Below the pieces are notes generated by a model. It did no database searches and was not told the DNA's origin. It saw nothing but the letters and a program-made list of their open reading frames with translations. The position numbers and the translations under genes are program-made. From contig OZ024743.1 of assembly GCA_964016885.1 (NCBI GenBank), positions 219,852,001-219,916,000 of the forward strand: DNA of 64,000 nt. Reading direction: 5' to 3'. Below, piece after piece: positions 1-15,326 of this stretch; position 1 is the stretch's first letter, and every line of letters starts with the position of its first letter. This DNA comes from Eledone cirrhosa (taxonomy: Eukaryota).

Positions 1-3000
1 GGATAGAATGTTGTTAGAACGCCGAATAGAATGTTGTTAGAACGCCAGATAGAATGTTGTATGAACGCCAGTTAGAATGTTGTTAGAACGCCAGATAGAA
101 TGCTGTTAGAACGCCAGATAAAATGTTGTATGAACGCCAGATAGAATGTTATTAGAACGCCACATAGAATGTTGTTAGAACGCCTGATAGAATGTTGTAT
201 GAACGCCAGATAGAATGTTGTATGAACGCCAGATAGAATGTTTTATGAACGCCAGAGAGAATGTGGTATGAACGCCAGATAGAATGTTGTTAGAACACCA
301 GATAGAATGTCGTTAGAACGCCAGATAGAACGTCGTTAGAACACCAGATAGAATGTTGTTAGAACGCCAGATAGAATGTTGTATGAACGCCAGATAGAAT
401 GTTGTATGAACGCCAGTTAGAATGTTGTTAGAACGCCAGATAGAATGTTGTATGAACACCGGATATAATGTTGTTAGAACGCCGAATAGAATGTTGTTAG
501 AACGCCAGATAGAATGTTGTATGAACGCCAGATAGAATGTTGTTAAAACGCCAGATAGAATGTTGTTAAAACGCCAGATAGAATGTTGTTAGAACGCCAC
601 ATAGAATGTTGTTAGAACGCCAGATAGAATGATGTATGAACGCCAGATAGAATGTTGTATGAACACCAGATAGAACGTTGTTAGAACGCCGAATAGAATG
701 TTGTCAGAACGCCAGATAGAATGTTCTTAGAACGCCAGAGAGAATGTTGTATGAACACCAGATAGAATGTTGTATGAACGCCAGATTGAATGTTGTTAGA
801 ACGCCAGATAGAATTTTGTTAGAACGCCAGATAGAATGATGTATGAACGCCAGATAGAATGTTGTATGAACGCGAGATAGAACGTTGTTAGAACGCTAGA
901 TAGAATGTTGTATGAACACGGGATAGAACGTTGTTAGAACGCCGAATAGAATGTTGTTAGAACGACAGATAGAATATTGTACGAACGCCGGATAGAATGT
1001 TGTTAGAACGCCGAATAGAATGTTGTTAGAACGCCAGATAGAATATTGTATGAACGCCAGTTAGAATGTTGTTAGAACGCCAGATAGAATGCTGTTAGAA
1101 CGCCAGATAGAATGCTGTTAGAACGCCAGATAAAATGTTGTATGAACGCCAGATAGAATGTTGTTACAACGCCAGATAGAATGTTGTTAGAACGCCAGAT
1201 AGAACTTTGTTAGAACGCCAGATAGAATGATGTATGAACGCCAGATAAAATGTTGTATGAACGCCAGATAGAATGATCTGAAAACGCTAGATAGAATGTT
1301 GTTAGAACACCAGATAGAATGTTGTGTGAACGCCAGATAGAATGTTGTATGAACGTCAGATAGAATATTCTTAGAACGCCAAATAGAATGTTCTTAGAAC
1401 GCCAGATAGAATGTTGTATGAACGCCAGATAGAATGTTGTTAGAACGCCGAATAGAATGTTGTTATAACGCCAGATAGAATGTTGTATGAACGCCATATA
1501 GAATGTTGTATGAACGCCGGATGGAATGTTGTATGAACGCCAGATAGAATGTTGTTAGAACGCCAGATAGAATGTTGTATGAACGCCAGATAGAATGTTG
1601 TTAGAACGCCAGATAGAATTTTGTTAGGACGCCAGATAGAATGTTATTAGTACGCCAGATAGAATGTTGTATGAATGCCAGATAGAATGTTGTTAGAACA
1701 CCAGATAGAATGTTGTTAGAACGCCAGATAGAATGTTGTATGAACGCCAGACAGAATGTTGTTACAACACCAGATAGAATGTTGTTAGAACCCCAGACAG
1801 AATGTTGTATGAACGCCAGATAGAATATTGTATGAACGCCAGATAGAACGTTGTATGAACGCCAGATAGAATATTGTATGAACGCCAGATAGAATGTTGT
1901 TAGAACGCCGAATAGAATGTTGTTAGAACGCCAGATAGAATGTTGTATGAACGCCAGATAGAATGTTGTTAGAACGCCAGATAGAATGCTGTTAGAACGC
2001 CAGATAGAATGCTGTTAGAACGCCAGATAAAATGTTGTATGAACGCCAGATAAAATGTTGTATGAACGCCAGATAGAATGTTGTTAGAACGCCACATAGA
2101 ATGTTGTTAGAACGCCTGATAGAATGTTGTTAGAACGCCGAATAGAAAGGTTGTTAGAACGCCACATAGAATGTTGTTAGAACGCCGGATAGAATGTTGT
2201 TAGAACGCCGAATAGAAAGGTTGTTAGAACGCCAGATAGAATGTTGTATGAACGCCAGATAGAATGTTGTATGAACGCCAGATAGAATGTTTTATGAACG
2301 CCAGATAGAATGTTGTTAGAACGCCAGATAGAATGTTGTATGAACGCCAGATAGAATGTTGTTAGAACACCAGATAGAATGTTGTTAGAACGCCAGATAG
2401 AACTTCGTTAGAACACCAGATAGAATGTCGTTAGAACGCCAGATAGAATATCGTTAGAATGCCGGATAGAATGTTGTATGAACGCCAGATAAAATGTTGT
2501 TAGAACTCCGGATAGAACGTTGTTAGAACGCCAGATAGAATGTTCTTAGAACGCCAGATAGAATGTTGTATGAACGCCAGATAGAATGTTGTTAGAACGC
2601 CAGATAGAATGTTGTATGAACGCCAGATAGAATGTTGTTAGAACGCCAGATAGAATGCTGTTATAACGCCAGATAAAATGCTGTGCGAACGCCAGATAGA
2701 ATGTTGTATGAACGCCAGATAGAATGTTGTTAGAACGCCACATAGAATGTTGTATGAACACCAGATAGAATGTTGTATGAACGCCAGAGAGAATGTTCTT
2801 AGAACGCCAAATAGAATGTTCTTAGAACGCCAGATAGAATGTTGTATGAACGCCAGATAGAATGTTGTTAAAATGCCAGATAAAATGTTGTTATAACGCC
2901 AGATAAAATGTTGTGTGAACGCCAGATAGAATGTTGTATGAACGCCAGATAGAATGTTGTTAGAACGCCACATAGAATGTTGTTAGAACGCCAGATAGAA

Positions 3001-5745
3001 CGTTGTTAGAACGCCAGATAGAATGTTGTATGAACACCGGATAAAATGTTGTTAGAACGCCGAATAGAATATTGTTAGAACGCCAGATAGAATGTTGTAT
3101 GAACGCCAGATAGAATGTTGTATGAACGCCAGATAGAATTTTGTTAGAACGCCAGATAGAATGTTGTTAGAACGCCAGATAGAATGTTGTATGAACGCCA
3201 GATAGAATGTTGTATGAACGCCAGATAGAATGTTGTATGAACGCCAGATAGAATGTTGTTAGAACCCCAGATAGAATGTTGTTAGAACGCCAGATAGAAT
3301 GTTGTTAGAACGCCAGATAGAATGTTGTATGAACGCCAGGTAGAATGTTGTATGAACGCCAGATAGAATGTTGTTAGAACCCCAGATAGAATGTTGTTAG
3401 AACGCCAGATAGAATGTTGTTAGAACGCCAGATAGAATGTTGTATGAACGCCGGATATAATGTTGTATGAACGCCAGATAGAATTTTGTTAGAAAGCCGA
3501 ATAGAATGTTGTTAGAACGTCAGATAGAATGTTGTTAGAACGCCAGATAGAATGTTGTATGAACGCCAGATAGAATGTTGTATGAACGCCAGATAGAATG
3601 TTGTTAGAACGCCAGATAGAATGTTGTTAGAACGCCAGATAGAATGTTGTATGAACGCCGGATATAATGTTGTATGAACGCCAGATAGAATGTTGTTAGA
3701 ACGCCAGATAGAATGTTGTATGAACACCGGATAGAATGCTGTTAGAACGCCGAATAGAATGTTGTTAGAACGCCAGATAGAATGTTGTATGAACGCCAGT
3801 TAGAATGTTGTTAGACCGCCACATAGAATGTTGTATGAACGCCAGATAGAATGTTGTATGAACGCCAGATAAAATGTTGTTAGAACGCCGAATAGAATGT
3901 TGTGAGAACGACAGATAGAATATTGTACGAACGCCGGATAGAATGTTGTTAGAACGCCGAATAGAATGTTGTTAGAACGCCAGATAAAATGTTGTATGAA
4001 CGCCAGATAGAATGTTGTTAGAACGCCAGATAGAATGCTGTTAGAACGCCAGATAGAATGCTGTTAGAACGCCAGATAGAATGTTTTATGAACGCCAGAT
4101 AGAATGTTGTTAGAACGCCGAATAGAATGTTGTATGAACGCCAGATAAAATGTTGTATGAACGCCAGATAGAATGTTTTATGAACGCCAGATAGAATGTT
4201 TTATGAACGCCAGATAAAATGTTTTATGAACGCCAGATAGAATGTTTTATGAACGCCAGATAGAATGTTGTTAGAACGCCAGATAGAATGTTGTTAGAAC
4301 GCCAGATAGAACTTCGTTAGAACACCAGATAGAATGTTGTTAGAATGCCAGATAGAATGTCGTTAGAACGCCGGATAGAATGTTGTATGAACGCCAGATA
4401 AAATGTTGTTAGAACTCCGGATAGAACGTTGTTAGAACGCCAGATAGAATGTTCTTAGAACGCCAGATAGAATGTTGTATGAACGCCAGATAGAATGTTG
4501 TTAGAACGCCAGATAGAATGTTGTATGAACACCAGATAGAATGTTGTATGAATGCCAGATAGAATGTTGTTAGAACGCCAGATAGAATGTTGTATGAACA
4601 CCAGATAGAATGTTGTATGAACGCCACATAGAATGTTGTTAGAACGCCAGATAGAATGTTGTATGAACACCAGATAGAATGTTGTATGAATGCCAGATAG
4701 AATGTTGTATGAACGCCAGATAGAATGTTGTTAGAACACCAGATAGAATGTTGTTAGAACGCCAGATTTGAATGTTGTTAGAACGCCAGATAGAATGATG
4801 TTAGAACGCCAGATAGAATGTTGTTAGAACACCAGATAGAATGATGTATGAACGGCGGATAGAATGTTGTTAGAACACCAGATAGAATGTATTTAGAACG
4901 CCAGATAGAATGTTGTTAGAACACCAGATAGAATGTTGTTAGAACGCCAGATAGAATGTTGTATGAACACCAGATAGAATGTTGTATGAACGCCAGATAG
5001 AATGTTGTATGAACGCCAGATAGAATGTTGTTAGAACACCAGATAGAATTTTGTTAGAACGCCAGATAGAACGTTGTTAGAACGCCAGATAGAATGTTGT
5101 AAAAACGCCAGATAGAATTTTGTATGAACGCCAGATAGAATGTTGTATGAACGCCAGATAGAATGTTGTATGGACGCCAGATAGAATGTTGTTAGAACGC
5201 CATATAGAATGTTGTATGAACGCCAGATAGAATGTTGTTAGAACACCAGATAGAATGTTGTTAGAACGCCAGATAGAATGTTGTATGAACGCCAGATAGA
5301 ATGTTCTAAGAACGCCAGATAGAATGTTGTAAAAACGCCAGATAGAATTTTGTATGAACGCCAGATAGAATGTTGTATGAACGCCAGATAGAATGTTGTT
5401 AGAACGCCAGATAGAATGTTGTATGAACGCCAGATAGAATGTTATTAGTACGCCAGATGAATGTTGTATGAACACAAGATAGAATGTTGTTAGAACGCCA
5501 GATAGAACGTTGTTAGAACACCAGATAGAATGTTGTTAGAACGCCAGATTTGAATGTTGTCAGAACGCCAGATTGAATGATGTTAGAACGCCAGATAGAA
5601 TGTTGTTAGAACACCAGATAGAATGATGTATGAACGGCAGATAGAATGTTGTTAGAACGCCAGATAGAATGTCGTTAGAACACCAGATAGAAAGTTGTCA
5701 GAACACCAGATAGAATGTTGTTAGAACGCCAGATAGAATGTTGTA
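1..5745. repeat. 23-bp tandem satellite (about 250 copies, runs off the window's left edge)
   Basis: Monomer GAACGCCAGATAGAATGTTGT(TA/AT), with two interspersed variants. Translations repeat every 23 aa (3 x 23 bp). Confidence 0.98.
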
Positions 5746-5789
5746 AACTACACGAACACGAAATTTACAGTGGTTTAGACAATGATTTG

Positions 5790-5935
5790 TTCGATCAATG
5801 CAACAATCTGGTCGTGAAATTAACGTGTGAGTGGATGAGTATTACTCAGACATATTTACCCGTAATGCAATTGTCAGGAAGATGCAGCATGATGTGACAC
5901 TATGTGACAAGACCGACCCTTTTAATTACAGGTAG
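5790..5935 (+). repeat. Dispersed repeat fragment (family also at about 10095-10235 + and 58450-58600 -)
   Basis: Shared blocks TCGTGAAATTAACG ... GACAAGAC(C/T)GACCCTTT(T/G)AATTACAGGTA; a degenerate reverse-complement copy lies near 58450-58600. Confidence 0.7.
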
Positions 5936-5949
5936 CGTCCAGCCGACGA

Positions 5950-6090
5950 GGTTCTCAAAAGTTTCCGTCAAACAAATTTCATTCAAGTCAGTCTGAGGCT
6001 ATTGTAAAATGATCCTTGCCCAAGCTGCTACACAGTGGGATCGAACCCGAGATCTTATGATTGAGAATCAAACTTCTTAACGATTCAGCA
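5950..6090 (-). mobile_element. Degenerate tRNA-derived, CORE-like SINE fragment (relatives at about 22860-22990, 54190-54310, 58370-58440)
   Basis: Minus strand has B box GGTTCGATCCC followed by CTTGGGCAAG. Confidence 0.55.
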
Positions 6091-6119
6091 TATATATATA
6101 TATGTATTATGTACCATGG

Positions 6120-6487
6120 GTACATACATAATGGCTGCCTCCTCGTTATCGAGTATAGACATTGCACAATATAACATAATAATAATTATCAATTAATGCT
6201 ATCGTGCAATACCAGTGTGAAGATTTTTTTAAAAGTGAGATTTTTTCAAAAAGACTGTGCACAGAGCCAATCCCACTCTCTGAGCAACAGTAGCTATAAC
6301 CCGAAAAGAAGAAAAGATCAACATCATCGGTAACTACTGAACCGCAGGTTTTATGTCGGAGTTATCCCAGTTTCCTGAGTTTCCTTCTCCCAGAAGAATG
6401 CCCTGACAAAGGCTAGGGGTCCTTAACCCCCAGTGGTTTAATCGCGCAAGCGGGTATCCAGCCCGATTATTTCTATGTACCCGCGCA
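6120..6487 (-). mobile_element. Non-autonomous bipartite RTE derivative (5'UTR joined to 3' terminus)
   Basis: 6487-6190 matches the RTE 5'UTR at 32140-32425. 6170-6125 matches the RTE 3' end (TGCAATG..ATACTCGATAACGAG..GGCAGCCAT), followed by a TATG tail. No ORF. Confidence 0.85.
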
Positions 6488-6924
6488 TACATGCATACAT
6501 ACATACATACATACATACACACATACACACATACATACACACATACACACATACATACATACATACATACATGCATACATACATACATACATAATACATA
6601 CATACATGCATACATACATACATACATACATACACACATACATACATACATACATAATACATACATACATGCATACATACATACATACATACACACATAC
6701 ACACATACATACACACATACACACATACATACATACATACATACATACATACATGCATACATACATACATACATACATACATACATGCATACATACACAC
6801 ATACATACATACACACACACATACATACATACATACATACACACATACATACATACATACATACATACATGCATACATACATACATACATAATACATACA
6901 TACATGCATACATACATACATACA
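6488..6924. repeat. (CATA)n/(TATG)n microsatellite, tail of the RTE copy
   Basis: Direct inspection. Confidence 0.95.
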
Positions 6925-9366
<2,442 letters not shown>

Positions 9367-9455
9367 CAACATACATACATACATACATACATACATACAT
9401 ACATACATACATACATACATACATACATACATACATACATACATACATACATACA

Positions 9456-9720
9456 TTCTAATGGCTAGAATATATGAGGCTCACCACACCTGCATAAACA
9501 TCTACTCCATCGATGATGTTCAAGGAAAGAGGTCATCGATGATGACCAATGCATCTTGGCTTCATTGACGTCGCAACTCATTTCTACAACTGAGTAAACT
9601 GGAGCAACGGGAATTAAAGTGTCTTGCTCAAGGACTCAACGCATAACCGTTCCGAGAATCGAACTCACAACCTCATGGTTGTGAATCCAATGCTCTAACC
9701 ACTAAGCCATGCACCTTCAC
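9456..9720 (-). mobile_element. tRNA-derived SINE with GTGAAGG head and CORE-like body, (TATG)n tail at 9370-9455
   Basis: A box TGGCTTAGTGG, B box GAGTTCGATTC, body CCTTGAGCAAGACACTT..TTGCTCCAGTTTACTCAG. Relatives at 10240-10365 (-) and 44239-44510 (+). Confidence 0.75.
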
Positions 9721-10743
9721 TATATACATTCATGCATACACAACAAACAGGCAGACAGTCACCTAAATAGACAGAACGCCAAACAACGAAACAAAGAGCC
9801 TGACAGAAGGATATAAGAGAACAGAGATAGTGACTTGGAATAATGTAATCAATGCAGATCATGACTATTAATGTTAGAACGATTTTATGTTTCTTTTACA
9901 GTTCTCGGCAGCCTGTGACATCTTTGTCATATCAGGAAGCTGACATTAGCGGCCATTACAGCGAGTGGCTTTCAGAACGTCAGCGTTGTTGCCAATACTC
10001 TCAGGAAATTTTCTAATACACTGTCTCATTTAAATACATTTTGCTCTATAGAAGTGTGTTGGACTTCCATCGTTTGCGACGACGAGTGTTGCAATTGTTC
10101 GAACAACGGTCGGCTCGTGAAATTAACGTTGATGAGGTTGACCATTGCACAGACATGCGCACTTGTCATATAGTTCTACGGGAGATTCAGCGTGACATAT
10201 TGAGAGACAAGACTGACCCTTTGAATTACAGGTAAAATTCATTTTTTGGCCAGCTGAGTGAACTGGAGCAACATATAATAAAGCATCTTGCTCAAGGATA
10301 GACGCACAGGCGGGGATCGAACCCATGAACCGATCACCCTAACTATTAAGCTACACACCTTCACGCTATGGATATAATACGCAGTTATATTATGCCATCT
10401 CATTTAAATACCCTTTGCCGTGTATATAATACATAGTTCTATCAAACTGCCTCATTTGATTATCCTTTGTTGTGAATATAATACGTAGTTATAACAGACA
10501 GCTTCATTTAACGTTCATCAGTTAATTAACGGCTCATGCGACGATCATATGTTTAAATACATGACCTCGGCGTCGGGAACACCAATGGCTTAGCAGATGA
10601 TCGACTATTAATTCTACAATGGGTTGACACAATTGCACCAGTTAGCTGAGAAATCTATGAATATGCAGGTGTGGTGAGCTGCATATATTCTAGCCATTAG
10701 AAAAAGAAAAATGAATGCTTCACCTTCGATGGAAGGATGACTC

Positions 10744-10802
<59 letters not shown>

Positions 10803-10809
10803 TAATAAT

Positions 10810-11610
10810 AATAACGGTTTCTGATTTAGGCACAAGGCCAGTAATTTTGGGGGAGGGGAAAGTCGATTAAATTGATCCTAGTGTGTGACTGGTACTTTAT
10901 TTTATATACCCCGTAAGGATGAAAGGAAAAGTTAACCTCAACGGGATTTGAACTTAGAAAGCAAAGGGCCGTAAGTCTATGCCACAAAGTATGCTGTTCG
11001 AAGCTCTACCGATACTAATAATAATGGTTTCTTATATAGGCACACGGCCAACAATTTTGGAGGGAGGGGAAAGTCGATTAAATCTACCCAGTGCGTTACT
11101 GGTACTTTATTTTATCGACCCCGTAAGGATGAAAGGCAAAGTTAACCTCAGCGGAATTTGAACTCAGACCGTAAAGGGTCGTAACTCTATGCTGTAAAAT
11201 ATGGTGTCTATCCACCGCCCTACCGATACTACTACTAATAATAATGATTTCTAGTATAGGCACAAGGCCAGTAATTTGGGGGGAGGGGAAAGTCAATTAA
11301 ATCTACCCAGTACGTTACTTGTGCTTTATTTTATCGACCCCGTAAGGACGAAAGGTAAAGTTAACCTCGACGGGATTTGAACTCAAACTACTACTACTAA
11401 TAATAATTATTTCTACTTTTGGCACAAGGACAGCAATTATGCCAGTGTATTACTGGTACTTTATTTTATCGACCCCGTAAGGATGAAAGGCAAAGTTAAC
11501 CTCGGCGGGATTGCAACTCATACCATAAAGGCCCTAACCCTTTGCTGCAAAGCATGGCGTCCGACCCTCTACCGATATTGCCAATCCACTACTACTACTA
11601 ATAATGGTTT
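10810..11610 (-). mobile_element. Head-to-tail cluster of about 4 tRNA-derived SINEs (Deu/Nin-like core)
   Basis: Repeated reverse complement of GAGTTCAAATCCCGCCGAGGTTAACTTTGCCTTTCATCCTTACGGGGTCGATAAAATAAAGTACCAG, separated by (TAA)/(TAC) tracts. Confidence 0.9.
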
Positions 11611-11613
11611 CTT

Positions 11614-11684
<71 letters not shown>

Positions 11685-12127
11685 AAAGACGCTTCATTAA
11701 AACGAGGGCAGCGAATTGGTAAATTCGATAGGGTGTCGGATTAAAAATGCCTTGGTAATTGTTCTAGCACGTAGAGCTCTGAATTCAAATCCCACAGAGG
11801 TCAAATTCGTCTTTCATTGTTTCAAGGTCGATAAATAAAGTATCGTTGTGGTAAAACACTGCATTATCCTTTGTTCTGTATATAAAACATAGTTATAACA
11901 CCTTACATCATTTCAATATCCTATGCCGTGCCTGTATATCAAATACATAATAACGTCTCTTGTTGTACATTCATTGAGTGTAGTATATTGTAGACACATG
12001 ACTAAATTATATACAGCATACAGGCACAATCTATTAATACATATGTATATATTCGTGTCTATGGCTAACATATACACGGAGGTACATATTCAAATTTACA
12101 CGTAAATACTTGCAGTATATGTACCAA

Positions 12128-12552
12128 AGGGCGGTGTATTGGCAATATCGGTAGAGGGTCGGACACCATGCTTTGCAGCATAGAGTTACGGCCATTTACG
12201 GTCTGAGTTCAAATCGCGCCGAGGTTAAGTTTGCCTTTCATCCTTACGGGGTCGTTAAAATAAAGTACCAGTTACGCACTGGGGTCGATTTCATCGACTT
12301 TCCCATCACCCAAAATTATTTGCCTTGTGCCTATAGACGAAACCATTATATGTACCAAAGGGCTGTGCATTGGCAATATCGGTAGGGGGTCCTACACCAT
12401 GATTTGCAGCGTAGAATTACGGCCCTTTACAGTCTGAGTTCAAATCGCGCCGAGGTTAACTTTGCCTTTCATCCTTACGGGGTCGATAGAATAAAGTACC
12501 AGTAATGCACTGGGATAATTGCTGGCCTTGTGCCAAAAGTAGAAACAATTAT
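12128..12552 (+). mobile_element. Two tandem copies of the same SINE
   Basis: A box TGGCAATATCGG, B box GAGTTCAAATC, same core. ATATGTACCAA occurs at all three junctions. Confidence 0.9.
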
Positions 12553-13268
12553 ATGTACCAATAGAGTTCATGAAATCAAACTACCACCCGGTGCTTTGGG
12601 CACCTAGAGAAGTGCAAAACAGTGCCGCACACTATCTTGCTAAATTATAACTAAGATAAATTCCACAATCAGAACATACTCATATAGTGTAGTGGGGTGG
12701 CAATAATCGAACAAAGCGATTGGGGTTATCAACAAAATTAATAAAATTAATAGAAATAGGATTTAGCTTCAAGCATAACTGTATACAGATATGTATAACA
12801 ATTCCGTATTTCTAAAGCAACACGGAATGTTTACAGGGTAAAACAAAATTAATATCAAACAATCAATTAATAAAAAAATATCTAAAAAATGAATATATAA
12901 CTCAGTGGCGGTGCCCCAGCATGGCCTCAGCCTGCCGGCTGGACCAATAGAGTAACCCAAATAAATGCATATTCCAACAGTGAGTTGCAGAACAATCCTG
13001 GAGTTGTAAGCTTGTCAAGTAACTACATAAGACGTCCAGTGTGTCTGTTCTGGTACATCACAGACCAGTAAGTAGTTATGTTTATAAATGTCTGCCTTAA
13101 CGACTTAATTATCAAGATGTTGTATTTCCACTGTGTTGTCACATCTAGGTGTTTTGCCTGCATCTCCATCTCTTTTGTGAATCAGGTATATATACACATA
13201 TCTAATTTGGAGGCATATAAACATGTCAGAAAATACGAATTTCTTTGTAAATTGGAATAATGTTAAAC

Positions 13269-13313
13269 ATCTTTTATCGATTTCGGATCATATTGGACCC
13301 TCATCAGAAGATC
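13269..13313 (-). ncRNA. Minimal type I hammerhead ribozyme (Penelope-like)
   Basis: Minus strand GATCTT-CTGATGA-GGGTC caatat GATCC-GAAA-TCGA-TA-AAAGAT: intact core, 5-bp stem II, palindromic minimal stem III, short stem I with one extra A. Confidence 0.75.
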
Positions 13314-13520
13314 AACCACAAGAAAAAAATATTTGATGACTATATATGCCCATTCGCTCTTTGTATTATGTTTATACCTCCCCCCTCTCTCTTGGGTAAG
13401 ACACTTTATTTCACGCTGCTCCTTCTACCTGGATTTGCAACCGATAGAGATTATCAGCAATTAGAAAGATCAATGGAAACATTGTTTTCTCGGTCCTATT
13501 TGACGAAAGTCGATCGACTG

Positions 13521-13566
<46 letters not shown>

Positions 13567-13601
13567 GTGTGTGTGTGTGTGTGTATGTGTGTGTGTGTGT
13601 A

Positions 13602-13745
13602 TCCCGGGTTCAATCGGGGGTAACCTCAGTAAGAAAGGTACTCAATACATAGTAGAGTATATAATGTTTAATATAGAAATGGCTTTCCTGATGATTTCCT
13701 TCGAATGAAACAGTTCTAGTCCTGTACAAGCCATTTCTACATTAA

Positions 13746-13750
<5 letters not shown>
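13602..13750 (+). mobile_element. Fold-back element with hammerhead ribozyme, copy 1
   Basis: CTGATGA 13688-94, GAAA 13707-10, stem III CAG/CTG, GTA 13724-26. Inverted arms 13663-13685 and 13728-13750. Flanked by (TG)n and (TA)n. Confidence 0.8.
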
Positions 13751-13816
<66 letters not shown>

Positions 13817-15128
13817 AATATAAATTAGCGAGAATCGTTTTCAGCTCAGGAATTAACGAAAATCAACGTCCGATATGTGTGGCAAGCGCTCGATGAATCA
13901 TATGAATCAGAGCTACAACATACGTTAAGGGCCAAACACACTGAGATGATGGTTAAACATATCATCCGCACAGCCAAAACAAAACGACCAAGTAATTCGG
14001 GTCAAACAATAAAAATATATGTGTTGATACTTTCCCGGACCCTGGACTGATGGTAAAATCCAGTATTGGTTTCTGCGACTCCAAATCAGGTACTGTCCGC
14101 CTACATAAAGAATGTTGGGCTTCTGGTGAGATGATGAACAAGGAAGTCGTGTTATCAACGGGTTTTGCTCCAAGATGCTATAGATAGTGTGGCTATTACT
14201 GACCCCTCGTGGGATTCAGCAAGGGAGGTAACACCTCTATTAAGCGAATGATTCAGTTGTGTATTATTGCGAGAATGCAAAATATCACAAATCGAATAAA
14301 GCTCTCGACAGAATAGTTAAATATAACAGAGCTATTCAACAGTCAATATAAGTAACTGAAAAAATCAATAAAATTAACTGCTCAATAGCTAGACTCTATA
14401 TATATAAAACATGAGAAGAAAGAAGAATACTGCGTGGTTGCACATGGGTTAAATATGATAAAAATAGTCCTTCGTCAGTGATTTGCCAACCATCATTGAT
14501 ATTTCATCGCATTAAAAATCATATACCTCAGGTTGGTGCGAGCAATAGCTAAATAAAGCTATTGGGACAAGTAAATCGCGTAAAGCAGGTGAGACAAGTA
14601 AACAACATAGAAGGATGAAAGCAACGCAAAGATAGGAATAAACAAGCAACATGGTTATCCGGTCAGCATAAGCTGGGTGGATTTCATGAGCGATCGATAT
14701 ACAGACCGTCCGACGTGAGTGAGATGTGAGCAAGAAGAGAACCTACTACAAGCCAAACGGGAGGAAGTGAGAAGGGGAGAGTGAGTGAGTGGAAGTGCGA
14801 AGAAGAGGTCAGTCGAGAGAAAGTGTAACTGACAGAGGGGGCAAAACAAGACCACAAATTTCACAAGGAAGACATTATTAAAAGATTGTCAGCATATTTT
14901 AGTTTGATGTAAGGAATGTAGAGAATAATAATAATAATATTAATAATAATAATGTCCGTTTACAATTGTTTCGCTACTCCATATTATATTTCTGGATCAG
15001 ATGACTATATATCAGATGACTATAGACTATATGCCTTTACGCTTGGCTTCTAACTAATTCACCAATCTCTCCTCTCCTATCTCCTCTCCTATCTCCATCT
15101 CTCTCTTTAAGATTGGTTACTCTTGAAC

Positions 15129-15232
<104 letters not shown>

Positions 15233-15326
15233 TATGTATGTAAAAGGTAAACAGAAATAACAACACAATCGGTACAGTATATGGGAGGGATATATTAGGT
15301 TAACACTTGATATAGCAGGAAGAGGG

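Noticed and set aside
1-5745. CRISPR-like array or repeat protein ORFs
   Set aside because: Monomers are contiguous with no unique spacers and there are no cas genes; the ORFs are by-products of the 23-bp period.
14465-14485. CTGACGAAGGAC on the minus strand as a hammerhead
   Set aside because: No matching GTCC-GAAA second half nearby; at most a remnant.
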